A stretch of 64,000 bases of DNA from Lingula anatina (lineage: Eukaryota > Animalia > Brachiopoda), in the NCBI GenBank assembly GCA_051362555.1, contig CM120640.1, forward strand, positions 52,740,788 to 52,804,787, written 5' to 3'. Of this stretch, positions 1 to 13,158 are shown piece after piece. Position 1 is the stretch's first letter. Every line of letters begins with the position of its first letter. The notes beneath the pieces are model-generated. The model had not been told where the DNA came from and searched no databases. It worked only from the letters and a program-made list of their open reading frames with translations. A program made the translations under genes and the position numbers.

Positions 1-169
1 ATAAAATGGCACGTGGACAAATTTATAAGTTAGAATTGAATAATCGAAAATCGCATACATATACAACATTACAAACTATTTATCCATTTGGTATCCCAGC
101 ACAGCTTATGGGAAAAATGGACCATAGATACATGTACTAGCATATATCGGGAGAAGGTCAAATTTAGGG

Positions 170-172
<3 letters not shown>

Positions 173-246
<74 letters not shown>
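173..246. repeat. (TA)n microsatellite
   Basis: Perfect TA run of about 37 units in an intron of the AKAP7-like gene. Confidence 0.98.
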
Positions 247-247
<1 letters not shown>

Positions 248-326
248 CTAGTTTCTTTATAGTTTGAGTGATGTAACTGGTCATATGTTTTTTTCATCTA
301 TCAATTGTTTTGTTTATCTATAACAG

Positions 327-732
327 AGGCAGTGAGAGCAACCTTCAAACAGGCGTCAGTAAAACCATTTGAAGACCGACCTTTCATCCCACATATTACC
401 ATTTTGCATTTGTATCCACACATGAAATATGAGCTCGGTAAGAGACGCACAATTTTCCCCACGTACTACAGAAATGCACAGTTGTAGAACACATTAACGT
501 TATCTTACAAATATTTCTATTGTCTTGTTTATTTATTTATTATAATTTGTATACCGAATGTTCTATTCAAATTCGTTTTGTTTTAGGTTTACGGAAAATA
601 GACCCGAAGTGTTATGAGCCGTACAGGGAGATGTACTTTGGCCAAAAAAAGATCACCAGCGTGCAGCTGTGTAAAATGGGCCGACCAAAACACGAACCTT
701 ATTATGAAATTGCACACGAAGTTTTCTTTTGA
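327..732 (+). CDS. AKAP7: 3' end (last two exons, join 327..437,587..732) of an AKAP7-like 2H phosphoesterase (2',5' RNA ligase-like domain) gene
   Basis: AG acceptors at 325-326 and 585-586, GT donor at 438. The spliced peptide EAVRATFKQASVKPFEDRPFIPHITILHLYPHMKYELG/LRKIDPKCYEPYREMYFGQKKITSVQLCKMGRPKHEPYYEIAHEVFF* has the second HxT motif (PHIT) and the KIDP..Y....FG....I.LCxM....YY pattern of AKAP7_NLS-type domains. Orthology versus paralogy not established. Confidence 0.75.
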
Positions 733-968
733 AATGTTGGATGACATAGGTCTATAGGTCTAAGTGAGTTAAATGAACATTCAAAGAATGACGTACTTTG
801 TTTCCAGAGGAACAAAGGTGAATCAAATGAAAACGAATAATCATTTTAAGTGAATAATTGAGTTAATCAATGTGTGTGCCCTTAATTTTATAAATGACTT
901 AAAAGCTTAAATATGTTTTTCAAAGATACAATGTGTAATTCACATGAAATATTCAATGAATACATTCC

Positions 969-974
969 AATAAA
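969..974 (+). terminator. Probable polyadenylation signal of the AKAP7-like gene
   Basis: AATAAA about 240 nt after the stop, followed by a T/GT-rich tract (ttgtttattttgatttcttttgttttg). Confidence 0.5.
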
Positions 975-1799
975 ATTGTTTATTTTGATTTCTTTTGTTT
1001 TGATGTTCAAAGGAAAAAAGGAGAAAATAAAATACTCACTTTAATGAAATCTCGAAATCATGAAACAAAAATAAATTACTGTTGATCATGGATTTCCCAT
1101 GTAACAGAATCCAGGATAATTTTTCTTCACAAAATTTGTTCTTTAAAATTACAGGGAATTAAATTGCGTCGTGCATAAATTGGATAGAAAGATGGTTAAT
1201 AAACGAAGGATACAAAATAAGCCTACTTTAAGGATAGTGCTTACCTAATTTTTGACATTCAAAAAGGAAAGATGTTATTTTTAAGCAATAGGGTGAGACT
1301 ACCACCAGAGTTACTCAAAATAAATGCGGCTTACTGTTGGTGCTATTTGCGTAGCTGGTACTTTAATACTGTCTTATCTGTTCACAATTGTCACGAAGTA
1401 ATTATTCAGACAAAAAAAAAAAAAAAAATTCACACCAAAGTGGAAGTCGTTGTGCTGCAACAGACAGTCAATTCTGTCCTAGATAAAGACTTCAGCATTG
1501 TAAACCTCCGCTGTAACCAACACTAGACGCGTGAACAAATGTAGAAGTTTAATATAGGTAATAATGGGAAAAACTTACAATTTAATCAGTGCTAAATAGT
1601 TGTGAAATTTAATCAAGTTGATAGGAGCCACAACGTTTTTGTTGGATCAGCGAGTGCAAATCGTACCATCACATCGTGGTGAAAACTTGGTTTTCTCTAA
1701 GTCCAACACAACCTCAACTGAAATCCGGTTGGAAATGGTGGTCACTGAATGTCTAGTTTTTTTCATAATAGATGTATATCTTTATATCATCTTAAAATG

Positions 1800-4086
1800 A
1801 GCAAAAAAATGTTTTTCTTTATTCTTGTATAATTGTGACTGTTACATGTACATCCTTCAGCATGGCCAGACAGTTTGACATTGACATATAAGCACCCCCT
1901 CCCCCAAATATTTCTCCTGTACACATTTTCAAGTATCTGAACCAAACACTATAACGAAAAATACTTTTAAAAAATGAGAAGGGCGGGCACAATTACAAAA
2001 AGAAAGAGTTGTATGGTCAGGAAATGTGTAAATTACGCTGAAATCATTCTAAATTAACAACAGTTGGTGTCACAAAAGGCCATTTCAACTACTGATAATA
2101 TTAACTGGAACAATTCCCAAAACAAAACTACAGGCAAGGGCCATCCATATTCACTTACATCAGCAGCAATAAAATAATTTGGAACAATATTAACTGTATC
2201 TATTTCAAAGAGCACTTTGAAAAATGGTAGTGGTGGATTTTTTGCAACTGTTGTTCTGTACAATCATGAAGCAACAATATAAAAACTACTGAGAAGTATG
2301 ACATTCTTTAATTGACCAAGAAACACATTTCTCATTCAGAGTATAATAAAAATCTTATGATTGCACATTGAAGTGTTAATTAATTAATTTGTTAATAGCA
2401 TTATATAAGTGAATGACAATTCCTGAGTTGACTGTCAGTGGTCGGTATATAAATACTGAGTATTAATTGAGTAATGGAGAGTCAGGCTAATAAAAATTGA
2501 ATTATGAAAATAATAATAATGACAAAAAGATAAATTTTTTCAAACCTCTCAAATACATTTGTTCTTTTGTAAGCAATAATTAATTTAACATCTAAAAGCC
2601 AACTGCAGTAATGCACATGAAAAGTTGCAACGCCATAGTTGGCGAGGGATTTGTAGCCTCATAAAATTAACAAACTTATTAATCATATCTAAAGTAATAT
2701 TTACATATACACATGTGTAAATGCTAGCTATGTATGTATTTGTTCTATATTTTTAAAAGTTAAATAAAAGACCTCTACATAACATAATGTTAACTAACAC
2801 TTGAGACAAAACAAAATACATTGTTGAACAAGTCATAATTTACATACATGATACTTAAAGACAAGATCTTCAGTTTATAAACCATTGATAAACAATGTTC
2901 TGGCAATAACAAATATGTATCAAACCAATTCAGGACATATTCTTGTTTAAATTAGTTCAGTTATTATAATATTGTAAAATATTTATTATTTTGTTTCAAA
3001 CCACTAGAATATTTTAAAAAATGAATTATTTGTAATCAAAAAGCTCACATAATATCTAAACCTGAAGCACTTACACAAGACTATAATAGTGTTATCAAAG
3101 GATTGTAACTGGACATAGCATCTAACAGCTATAATACATACATATATATATGAAAATAAACAGGTTTCTAATAGTCAAAAAGTATAAGATTGAAATGCTT
3201 GGCAGTGATGCAGCTCAACAATATAAATAACAGTTTCTATCACCTAATATTACAAACTAACTGTGTGAGATTTTGGTTTCAGAATCTTTTTTGTTTGATC
3301 ATTCAACTTTGAAAAATTCAAAAGCAAAAAAAAACTAAGCAAAGCTCCCTCATTCATTTCTTGGTTAATTCTACCATTCACATAGTTCTGACTTGGCCAT
3401 TAACATAGATATATGGAAAATCATCTGACAACAACTATCTGACATAAAAACAAGAAAGACAATAACTTAACTATGCTCATAAAGAATGCCAAGTTTCAAT
3501 TGCATTATTACCTTGCTTTAATATTACAAAACTACTATAGTAACTCTGTCTATTGTCAATAATATAAATACTTTCCATATCTTTAAGCAGGACAGAAAAC
3601 AAAAAAAGGGTCTCAGCTTAGCTTTGAAACCTAAACAATTGAGGTAGATCCACCATATAAGACATTTCATACAGTTTTAATGAAAAAAATGAAAAAAGAT
3701 GAACCATGATACTACATTGTCCATTTAATAATTTTTCCCAAAGATTTTACTAAAGGTGCACTTTTTCATATTTTTTTCAATGAATGGTAAATGCCATCTT
3801 AGAACATCTTAAAATATCCATCATGCTCACTATTAATATGTACAACTTGACCATACAGTCATCTTGTACAAAAAATTGTTGGCAAAGGCAGCAGTACTTC
3901 TCAATTGAAAAAAACAATAAATGATGCATACCCTTTGAATATCTCACACTAATCATAAAACTGAAAGGATATCTTCGGAATTTATTGCAGTCTATGCTGT
4001 AAATCCAAATCCATATAGTCTGGTCTCAGAATTATCAATATAATTTAAATGTGAAAAAAAATGAAACCTATAAAAACAGCTATTTA
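1800..4086 (-). other. Probable ~2.3 kb 3' UTR of the laminin gene, with candidate AATAAA at 1823-1818
   Basis: AT-rich, CpG-poor sequence continues from the stop codon to about 1830. Minus-strand AATAAA at 1818-1823, beyond which CpGs reappear. A proximal AATAAA also exists at 3981-3986. Confidence 0.4.
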
Positions 4087-7000
4087 TTATTTGGTACCAG
4101 GACAGTAACCAATTTTAACATCCACTGTCAAGACCTTACTGCTTGACCAGTCCACTTCAGCTCCATTAATCTTCATGTTCCGTATACAGCCTTGGAATTT
4201 CTCATTTGCCTGTGCTGCACCCTGTGGTTCAGCATAATCTAGGGAGAGAGAGAGGGAAAATACATAGGTCACTCATTTTCTAATCAAAATGTTGGACTCA
4301 ACAATTTTCATTAAGTATAGTACTGTTATGTTATTAGTCGCATGAATGTAAGTGCTTATGCCCACCTGCATGTGTGTGTTTGCGGTATAAGTGTGAATGC
4401 ACTTGCAAATGCATCATGCATATAGGCCGCTCAAAAAGGTTTACATAAACTATCTGTGTGGAGTGCTGGGTAAGTTAAATGGAGTCCAGGTATCATTGCA
4501 TTTACAAGTTATGACTATAATGACAATTTATCTTCACAATGTCATGATATCATGCTGAGAAATTAAGAGATGATTTTTTTAGATAAGTGATATGTGTCGT
4601 TTATGATATATATTCCTGTGTAGTCAGCTCAGTATTATTATAAATAGAACTCAATTGATGTACTCTTGGGCTGTAGGCCTGAAATACAGTGAAATAAACT
4701 AGAAAAGTTTAATTCTATTCAATACTTAAGCAAACCTATACTTACATGGGTAGCCTCCAATAAAGAGAGGATGATCTGTGGCTAGGAATTCTGAGCCCCC
4801 TGTCTCTGACAGCTGTTCAACCCCATCTACAGTTAGCATTATGGTGTTTTTAACCAATTCTGCTCTTACTGTGTGCCATTTATTATTGCACAGTCGGAAT
4901 GGATTTTCATATTCAGTCATAGAGAATATTAAGCCATCCTCATTGTTTACTGTAAATTGCAGCTGGAATGAATATCAAATTGGAATAAGTATAACTTCAG
5001 TACTTTAACATGAGGGTAAATTTCTGAAATACAACTTAACGTCAGTAAACATTTCTGTAATGAACAAATTATAACATAAAACATTATTAAACATGTTTTC
5101 AATCATAAATGCTTTGTTTTAAAAGATTTTTCTATTGCTGAGATTTTACATAACTGAAATAATAAAAACAATACATCAATGTAGGCTTAGGATTATAGTC
5201 AAAGACACACTGTTAGTCTAAATCAAAAAACCAACCATCACACCAATTACAGCAATTCAGGAAACATCTATGTGTACCACCAAACGCTTTGTAACCCCTG
5301 TAAAAAAAACCTCTCAGACCTATTATCACTTCATTTCTGACAAATTTAAATACCTCGGACCATGAATATTTTGAGCATACTACTCACCTGCCCATCAAAC
5401 AGTTCCAGTGCCATGGAGGGTCGTCTATAGGGATGACTTATTGTCAAGATTACACCCTCAGGCTTGGTGGTGCGGAAATCAAAGGTCAGCAAAAAATTGG
5501 AACCGACCACAAAATTAGAATCTGCAATGGAGAAACACCATTCTGAACTGGATGCTATGATAATTTCATGCAGTAACATTTCATAGATTTTGACGTTATC
5601 ATATCATTAAGTTCATATTTTAAACAACACAAATACACCAGCTGACAATAGGATCTTACATTATGTTGGATCTTAGGTTGACATATTGCATAGTGCAGCA
5701 GTACCACATTATGTAATAATACTATATTATGATGTAACATTTGAGTTCAGATTTATTAGCCCCAAGAGAAAATTACATTCATATTTTAAAACATTATAAT
5801 AAAGCATTGAGAACTTGCATCCCTTACCATATATACCATAAGCATAACCACTGAAGTAGACCCCCTTCTCATAGTACTTGTTACAAGTACTAACACCCAT
5901 GATAGCCTTGCTCTGGATGAGATCAACCTTCTGGCTGTTCAGGCGGAACCCTCGCACACAGCCCTTCAAACTGTCTGGAACCTAGACGGAAGATGTCAGA
6001 AAATTGCTTCATTATGTGTTTTTGAAGGTACTGTATTAACTTAACAAATATTGCCATGAATTTGGAAGTCACATGTATGACATGGAGAAAATAGCATTTA
6101 CTAAAAACAATTAATACACAGAAAGTGTCTAGTCATGGTTACATTTGAAACATTTGATCAAACCTAGAACATTAAATTGACATCAGTAATCTACCACCAA
6201 ACAGTATCTATCATAAAATCAATATCTGTGTATTCAATTCTTTCTTGCTTGCTCAAGTGCATGGTAAGGAATTGAAACTAACCAGACCCATCCTCATGTT
6301 GTATCCTCGTGGCAATCCACCAACATACATAGGAGCAAGCACATCAATCTTGTTTGCTATACGCCCCACAATGTCCGGGCCTTCATCCACTTTGAAGATT
6401 ATGTTATTTGCTGACTTCATTAGTCGAATCTACACATAGAAAAATATTTTGTCTTATCAGTGTCTTTACTTTGGATTTGTTTATCTTTTACATTCAACTA
6501 AATACTACTTTAATCACATACTTTTATAATAATACATCATTACCATATACTTAATCTTTGAGTTTTTATCATCTTCTTGGCTAGCAAACAGTAAGACTGT
6601 CACATGGTTAAGCATTCATACATTCCCACTAACTTCTGTAATCTTTTAAGCCAAGTACAAAGGGAGATCACAGTTGGTGCAAACTATAATGATGGTCTTT
6701 GATTTGACCATGGCCTCATGGACTATAGATACATGCACTTTATCACCAAGCCATTCAGTTCTGTCAGAAACAAAATAGGAGTAAATAATTTAGGTTTCTT
6801 AATGAAAAATTTTGGTCATTTTTTCATATTAGTGGACTTAGCTTTTCTATTAATGCTTTTACCTTGTGCCACTTCCCATCATCCACCAGTACAGTGGCTC
6901 CCTCTGTCAAGTTGACTGGAACACCAGTTTTCTGGTCTGCATATGATGTCATCACAGTGCCGCCAGCCATTTGGATGGCAACATATTCTGACTGGTCTTC

Positions 7001-9199
7001 ATTACTAAGGTAGACCAGGAGCCCATTAGGATAGTAGGTGCGGAACTCCAGCATGATGTCAAAACTAAAGGATAAATAAGAGTACATTCAGTGATATTTG
7101 AAAAGCACTTGTAAACACACGTACAGTTTGCCCACCTATGAGATGAAGGATGATACTATGAACAAGATCTGACCAACTCCAAAAGGAATGAAAATGGATA
7201 GTCTGATAAAATGAAGGCACATATATGCAATAATCTGTTACATATATATATATATATCTAATGGTTTTTAAGCACATTGCCTATATGTTTCTTTGTCCAA
7301 CTAGGTGAAACAAAATCATAAACATTTACTTGGAGCTGATCTCATCTCTGTCCACCAGTATCTCACTGTGACTATTCCTCACATCACCAAATGCAGCTGC
7401 CTCAGGTTCTATCTCCGGCTCTGGTTCATAGGCACACTCCTCTGGCTCCTGAAATATATTTGGCTGCTGTTACTTCCATCATATCAGTCCTTTATGAACA
7501 TGCATGTTGTATGTAAAAATGATATTGATACGACTGTATTGTAATCATGTTTGAGAAAAGAAGACTGGTTGTATAGGCAAATTTGAAATGCATTGTATAC
7601 CTACTTTGAGTACGTATGCAGTTGGATATGAAGCAAAGGGTAAATAATACAACAATACAGTAAATAATACAAAGTTACAGGTTATTTTTTAAACAACAGC
7701 ACAAACTATGACTTCAATAAATGTGTTTTAAAAAACAATATCATGCTGAAACTCTAAATGAAAATCAGGATAATTTTCCTTACTGCTGTTGTAGTGGACA
7801 TCGTGGTGGTACTTGTACTCATAGTTGTAGTTGTGGATACAGTTGTTGTAGTTGTATCTTTTATAGGGATTGGCTTTGTTGTTGCAGAAGTTGTTGATGT
7901 TGTTGTGGTTACATTTGGGAGAGGTAATGAGAATATGTTTTCTGAACATCTTCCAATATCTGCCCTCTGGTATGAGACAGGTTGGTCTAGTTGAACTAAT
8001 CTGCAAAGAGATGGAATTTTAACTTTGTGAGACCTATGAAAAAATCTTTTTCAATTTTGAACACAATTTGAACACAATGTTTAAAAAAAATTTTTACAAT
8101 GAATCCTTTTGTGGAAAATCCTCCAGGACAGCAGTAAAAATACTTTTGTATATTTTGATTACATCTACTGCTTACTTTCCATTCAGAACCAAATCTCTAA
8201 TACATCCTTGCAAAGGTTGGCTGGTAGCTGATGCTGAAGCAATGTCAAGGTCAGCTGGGACACCACCGAGATAGAGGCTACTGATCTCCACCTTACTGCC
8301 CTTACTCAGTCTCTCTGTTCCGACTGGTAAATCATCAACAAACATGTCCAATCTGCAAGACAACAGTTTACATGCGTAAGAAACATTTACTAGTTTTAAG
8401 CACATATCTCATGGGCTCTAAATGCAAATTTATACTACTGCCATGTGTTTTGTTAAATTTCTGATTGCAAAACACTTCACTGTCAAGTGTGCCAAAGTTG
8501 TTTAGATAACCTTTGCTGAATTAGGGACCGTTCACATGGAAAGTCTATTTTTAAAAAATCTATTTTCTATTCTCGGTATCTTGTGATCACGGTCTGTGCC
8601 CTGAATATCCCGCAGCGTAATTACTGGCAGCGCGAGCCAGTTACTTCTGTGATCACAAGATACCGCAAATAGAAAATAGATTTTTAGAAAATAGACTTTC
8701 CATGTGAACAGTCCCTTAAATTTCACCACCATTTTGTGCTTAATTCTGAAACAACAATCACTCAGATTATAGCATTACTTAGTACATGCATTTGGAGGTA
8801 TCAAACAGATTAATGGATGAAGTGGAATCATTCTTACATATTTTTGTTTATTTGCTTCAACCAAACTTGGCAGTATTACTATGTAATTCAATGAGCTATC
8901 CACCGATGTAGTAGGTTGTGTACTTACTTTCTCCTATTCCTGATTATGGACACTCCATGCAACATGCCATCATTGAAAGTATCATCAGAGGTAATGGTGA
9001 CTTCTCCATCCCCAGCATCAAACTTGGCCTGGAGCTTACCATCTATGAGGGACACTGAGTAGAAGTGCTGAAAATACACATGGATGATGATGTGTGGTTA
9101 AAAAGTACAAAGTTATGCCAATATCAATGGATAAATGGGGTTGTCAATCTATCTATCAAAGCATCTTCATCCATCTTAATAGAAAAATGTGGTGTAAAA

Positions 9200-9251
<52 letters not shown>

Positions 9252-12200
9252 AGCAAGTCACAAATAACCCGGTTGTTGTTTTAAAGATTCTTGCTGTATA
9301 TACTTACAGGGTCAGCCTGCCCTCCAAGTCCCAGCAACAGAAGTGCAATGTCTTGAAGTGAGCGGAAAGAAAAGGAAATATCTGCCTCTCTTCCCGGAAG
9401 ACTATCCCCTGTCAGTTGAATATAGCCATCACCATGGAAACCTGCCACACGGGTTTTCTGAAATGAGTAAATACTCATTAAAACATCTAAATTTCAAATC
9501 AATGTCACTAGTATATGTAAGGAATATACCATTTAGACTCCATGTATCTACACTGCCTAGGTATAACTTAATTTGTTATTCTTTTAAATAATCATTGCAC
9601 ACCATCTAACATAGTGATCTTATTGATATACCAAGTGTCGTTCTGCTTCAAGAGCATTTCTTGTTACTGTGTTATCATACAGTACTCACATTTTCCCTGC
9701 ATCCTAGAGTCATTCCTATACTGAGCCCCTTGTACAGTGGTAGAGCATTGCCTCCTGCTGTCACCTGTATGCCCTTCATACAGCCTAGGAATGGAGTACG
9801 CACAGACAGAGGGAAGCTAAAGGAACAAAATACACATTGAATGATGAGCACTTCATGCAAAACACTGACCATCTGCCACTAGGTATTTCATCAAGCTTTA
9901 TACAAAGGAAACTGAAAAAATAGAATGGTTTGATATAAAGGTGAAAGAACAGAATCTTAACAAACCCACTGGCATATTTTGCATCAAAGATTATAGACAT
10001 AGTTTTAGTCTGGTTTTAACTTGGTTTAAAAGTTAGATAGATAGTTAGATAGATTTTTGGGAAATCCAGAATCATTTAAAATTTTTTTAAAAATGATTGA
10101 AAGCACTGCTTTTATTTAACACAGTTGTGGTCTGGTCTATTATACAATGCACATAACTTCCCGGCCCACCTACCTGTCAAACTTTGATGTAGAAGGTATT
10201 CCTCCAAAGTACACACTGGCGTTACTGATGTCCAGACTGTCCTCTCCACTTGCAGTGGCCTGAGCTCTCTTCAACTCTTCTCTGCCTTCACTTGTGGTCA
10301 CTTCAAGCTGACCTGCAGCATTAGGATTACATATCTTAGTTTAAAACATATCAAAACAAATACAATGCAGCAATTTTTATATCTATTGCAATTTGCTAAA
10401 AACTGGTTCATAACAGAATTATTATCACTTTACCAAACACTGTTACTAAACAACTAGATAAAATTTAATCATTTGATAATTATTTTACACTTCCCAAAAT
10501 CAGGGTGATTTTGTTTACTAACCTGCATTTCCCTGTGTCTCAGCCTTTACTGTCATCCACTGGTTAGTGTTATATTTCTCTCTGCTCTCAATGGAGATGT
10601 TATTACCACCTCCAAAGTTGACACTGAACACAACCTTGCCATTCACTAGTTCAACAGCAATATACTCTCCCTGGATTGAGAAAAAACTCAAAAATGTGCA
10701 CCAAGTTTCCATTTGTTTAAAGGTACATACAAACCGAGCATCGGTGGAGTGTGGATTCCCAGTAACACATGTAAACCACTTCTACTAGATTCTTATATGA
10801 CTCAAATAAATTCGACATGCCAAGGAATAAACTGAATAGATCACTCGATCAGCCATAAAAGACCTTTAGACTGCTCCTTTTTTTAAATTTTTGGTTGTAA
10901 ATTTAACCTACTTTCGTGACCTACTTTCCTGCCCCATTGACATACAGCTTAGAATGCCAGCAGAAAAATCCGTTCAAACATCATTTTCGGGTAAAATTAA
11001 ACAATGCCTTTTGGTAATTCTCTTAGTTATACTACTTGAAACTATATGCTGGCATTTGGTTGGTTTTTGTGACAAAAAATTGACTTTGTATGCATCTTTA
11101 AGTACTTTTAGTGGCATACATCCTACATTAATTAGTGCAGAACACGGACTTGTTTATTGAAAGAAAAGTATTTTAACATTTTCATAGGTATATGAAACAT
11201 ATCTTCTCTGCAAATTTTAACTTATTTCATTTAACCAATGCCAGTAAATCCCCTCTCTACCCAACCACAGTTGACAAGGTAGACTTACATTAGCCTTGTT
11301 GCCAGAAAAGAATAGAAGGGCATCCTCCCAGAAGGTGCGGAATTCAAACAGAGCCAGATAACCTGTGGAGTCATAGCGCTGTATAGGAGGCACCTCTGCA
11401 TAGCCTGTACCATCAAACTGGGATATATCCTTAGGAGCCACTGGTGTTGGACTGGAAATTTCATAGATTTAAAAAGTAAATAAAAAGTTACTCATAAATT
11501 TCTCTCAAAATTTCTGTCAGGCAAATTCCAGGACAATACTAAACAAAAGAACAAATCTCACCTTTCTGTGCACATGCCACACTCTCCAAATGACTGGTTG
11601 AAATTGTGCAGCCCAATCACACGGCCATCCAGTGTGACATCAGCAATACAGCCAACAAACATTCCTCCTTTCAGGGCAGGATCACGCTGGAAAAATGAAA
11701 TGTAACTCAATGTGAAAAGGTCTATCTAATAACTTAAATAGGGACTCTGATTAAAAAGGCCCCTAAATATCCCAATATGTGGTTTTGTTTATACTCAATA
11801 CACATCCACCTAACTCTCACACACGTCACTTGAACACATCTGTCACGCTCAGATAGCAAATAAATATACCTTTTACTACATCAATGATCATTATATGTAG
11901 GATTTTAAAAATCCCATCAGTTTTGTCTGAACAAATTAGTTAACTTTCTTTAAAAGCACCAAAATTTTGTTTTTCTTTAACTTAGAGATTGTAAATTGAT
12001 AAACCAAGTTAACCTGTTAACCATTTATTCATCAAAATCCAAAAGAAAGACTCTCCCTACCTCCACAGTTCCCTGGGGAGCACCAGCCACATATAACTTT
12101 GCCCTGTCATTTAGGTCAAGTTTTGTGAACTGAGCAGACGATGAGCTGCTGGCCAGAGCAGGATCATCATTTTCTGCAAACTTGATCTTCTGAACAGCCA

Positions 12201-13158
12201 AAGTACCAACATTGGCAGTTCTGAAAATGAATAAATAATATAAAAGTCATTGATTGTATATTTGAGTATGGTCACTTTCATATTTTTGTGGCATTTTACA
12301 GCATTTATACATGCTCAGTGATAATAAACATTATTCTTTTTTCTTACTTGTATTATAAATGATTATTAATACAAGACAAAATGGTTGAAAAAAAATAATT
12401 CTCATCATTAATATGACTGATTAGACTGTTGTACTAAGTGTTTTGATTGCAAGTTGTCATTTATTGCATACACATAATCATGTAAAGGACTCTGAATCAA
12501 TGAACTTTAAACTTTCAGAATGAATGATCCCAATCTTTATAACTAATTATATTATCCATCATGTTCTGTGTCTACTTACCTTTTAGCAATGACACTGTAC
12601 CATTTCTCATCCGGTTGTATTGAAGCTTCCTCACTCTCTATCTGTAGGCTGTGATTTGCCATGGCCACACCCCCACCACTGTTCCAAACAAACCGGAGCT
12701 TTCTTTCCACTATCTCCACTGCCATGAACTCAGACTATAAATACAGAGAGAAAGTACACTGCTACTGCTCTTGATAGTAAAAGCACCAACTCATACAGCA
12801 AATCCAAAAAGGTTGCAATATTCATACATGAACTTTGTTTATATGTTTTATGATAACACAATGTACATTAAGTTGGTTTCTTGAAGCTTTCCACCTTTTA
12901 ATCCATGACAAGAAAAATGAAAATATGGCAACAACCTAAAAAGTTTGTTTTGTCAATTTTTTCTCATCCCCCACCCTCCTTAACACGGATCACACAGTTG
13001 CCTACTTTTTCTTCTCCCTGCACATAGAAGAGCAACATGTCCTTCTCTGTGTTGTTGGTCTTGAAGTTGAAACTGATGGTGTTGGTAGTGCTGGGCTTCA
13101 GCTCCTCTGTCCTGTACTCACGGTGACAACTACCACCGGCTGCCAAGGAGACTTTTAT
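4087..13158 (-). CDS. LAMA1/2: Laminin G domains LG1-LG5, 19 exons
   Basis: [11 protein letters not shown]; [19 protein letters not shown]; [20 protein letters not shown]; FHGDGYI; [12 protein letters not shown]; DDGKWHK; LCNNKWH; [19 protein letters not shown]. Confidence 0.95.

Noticed and set aside
69-284. 71-aa ORF with YIYIYI (likewise 9065-9361)
   Set aside because: Translation of a (TA)n microsatellite
7758-7994. Val-rich, membrane-like plus-strand ORF
   Set aside because: Antisense shadow of the Thr-rich laminin exon
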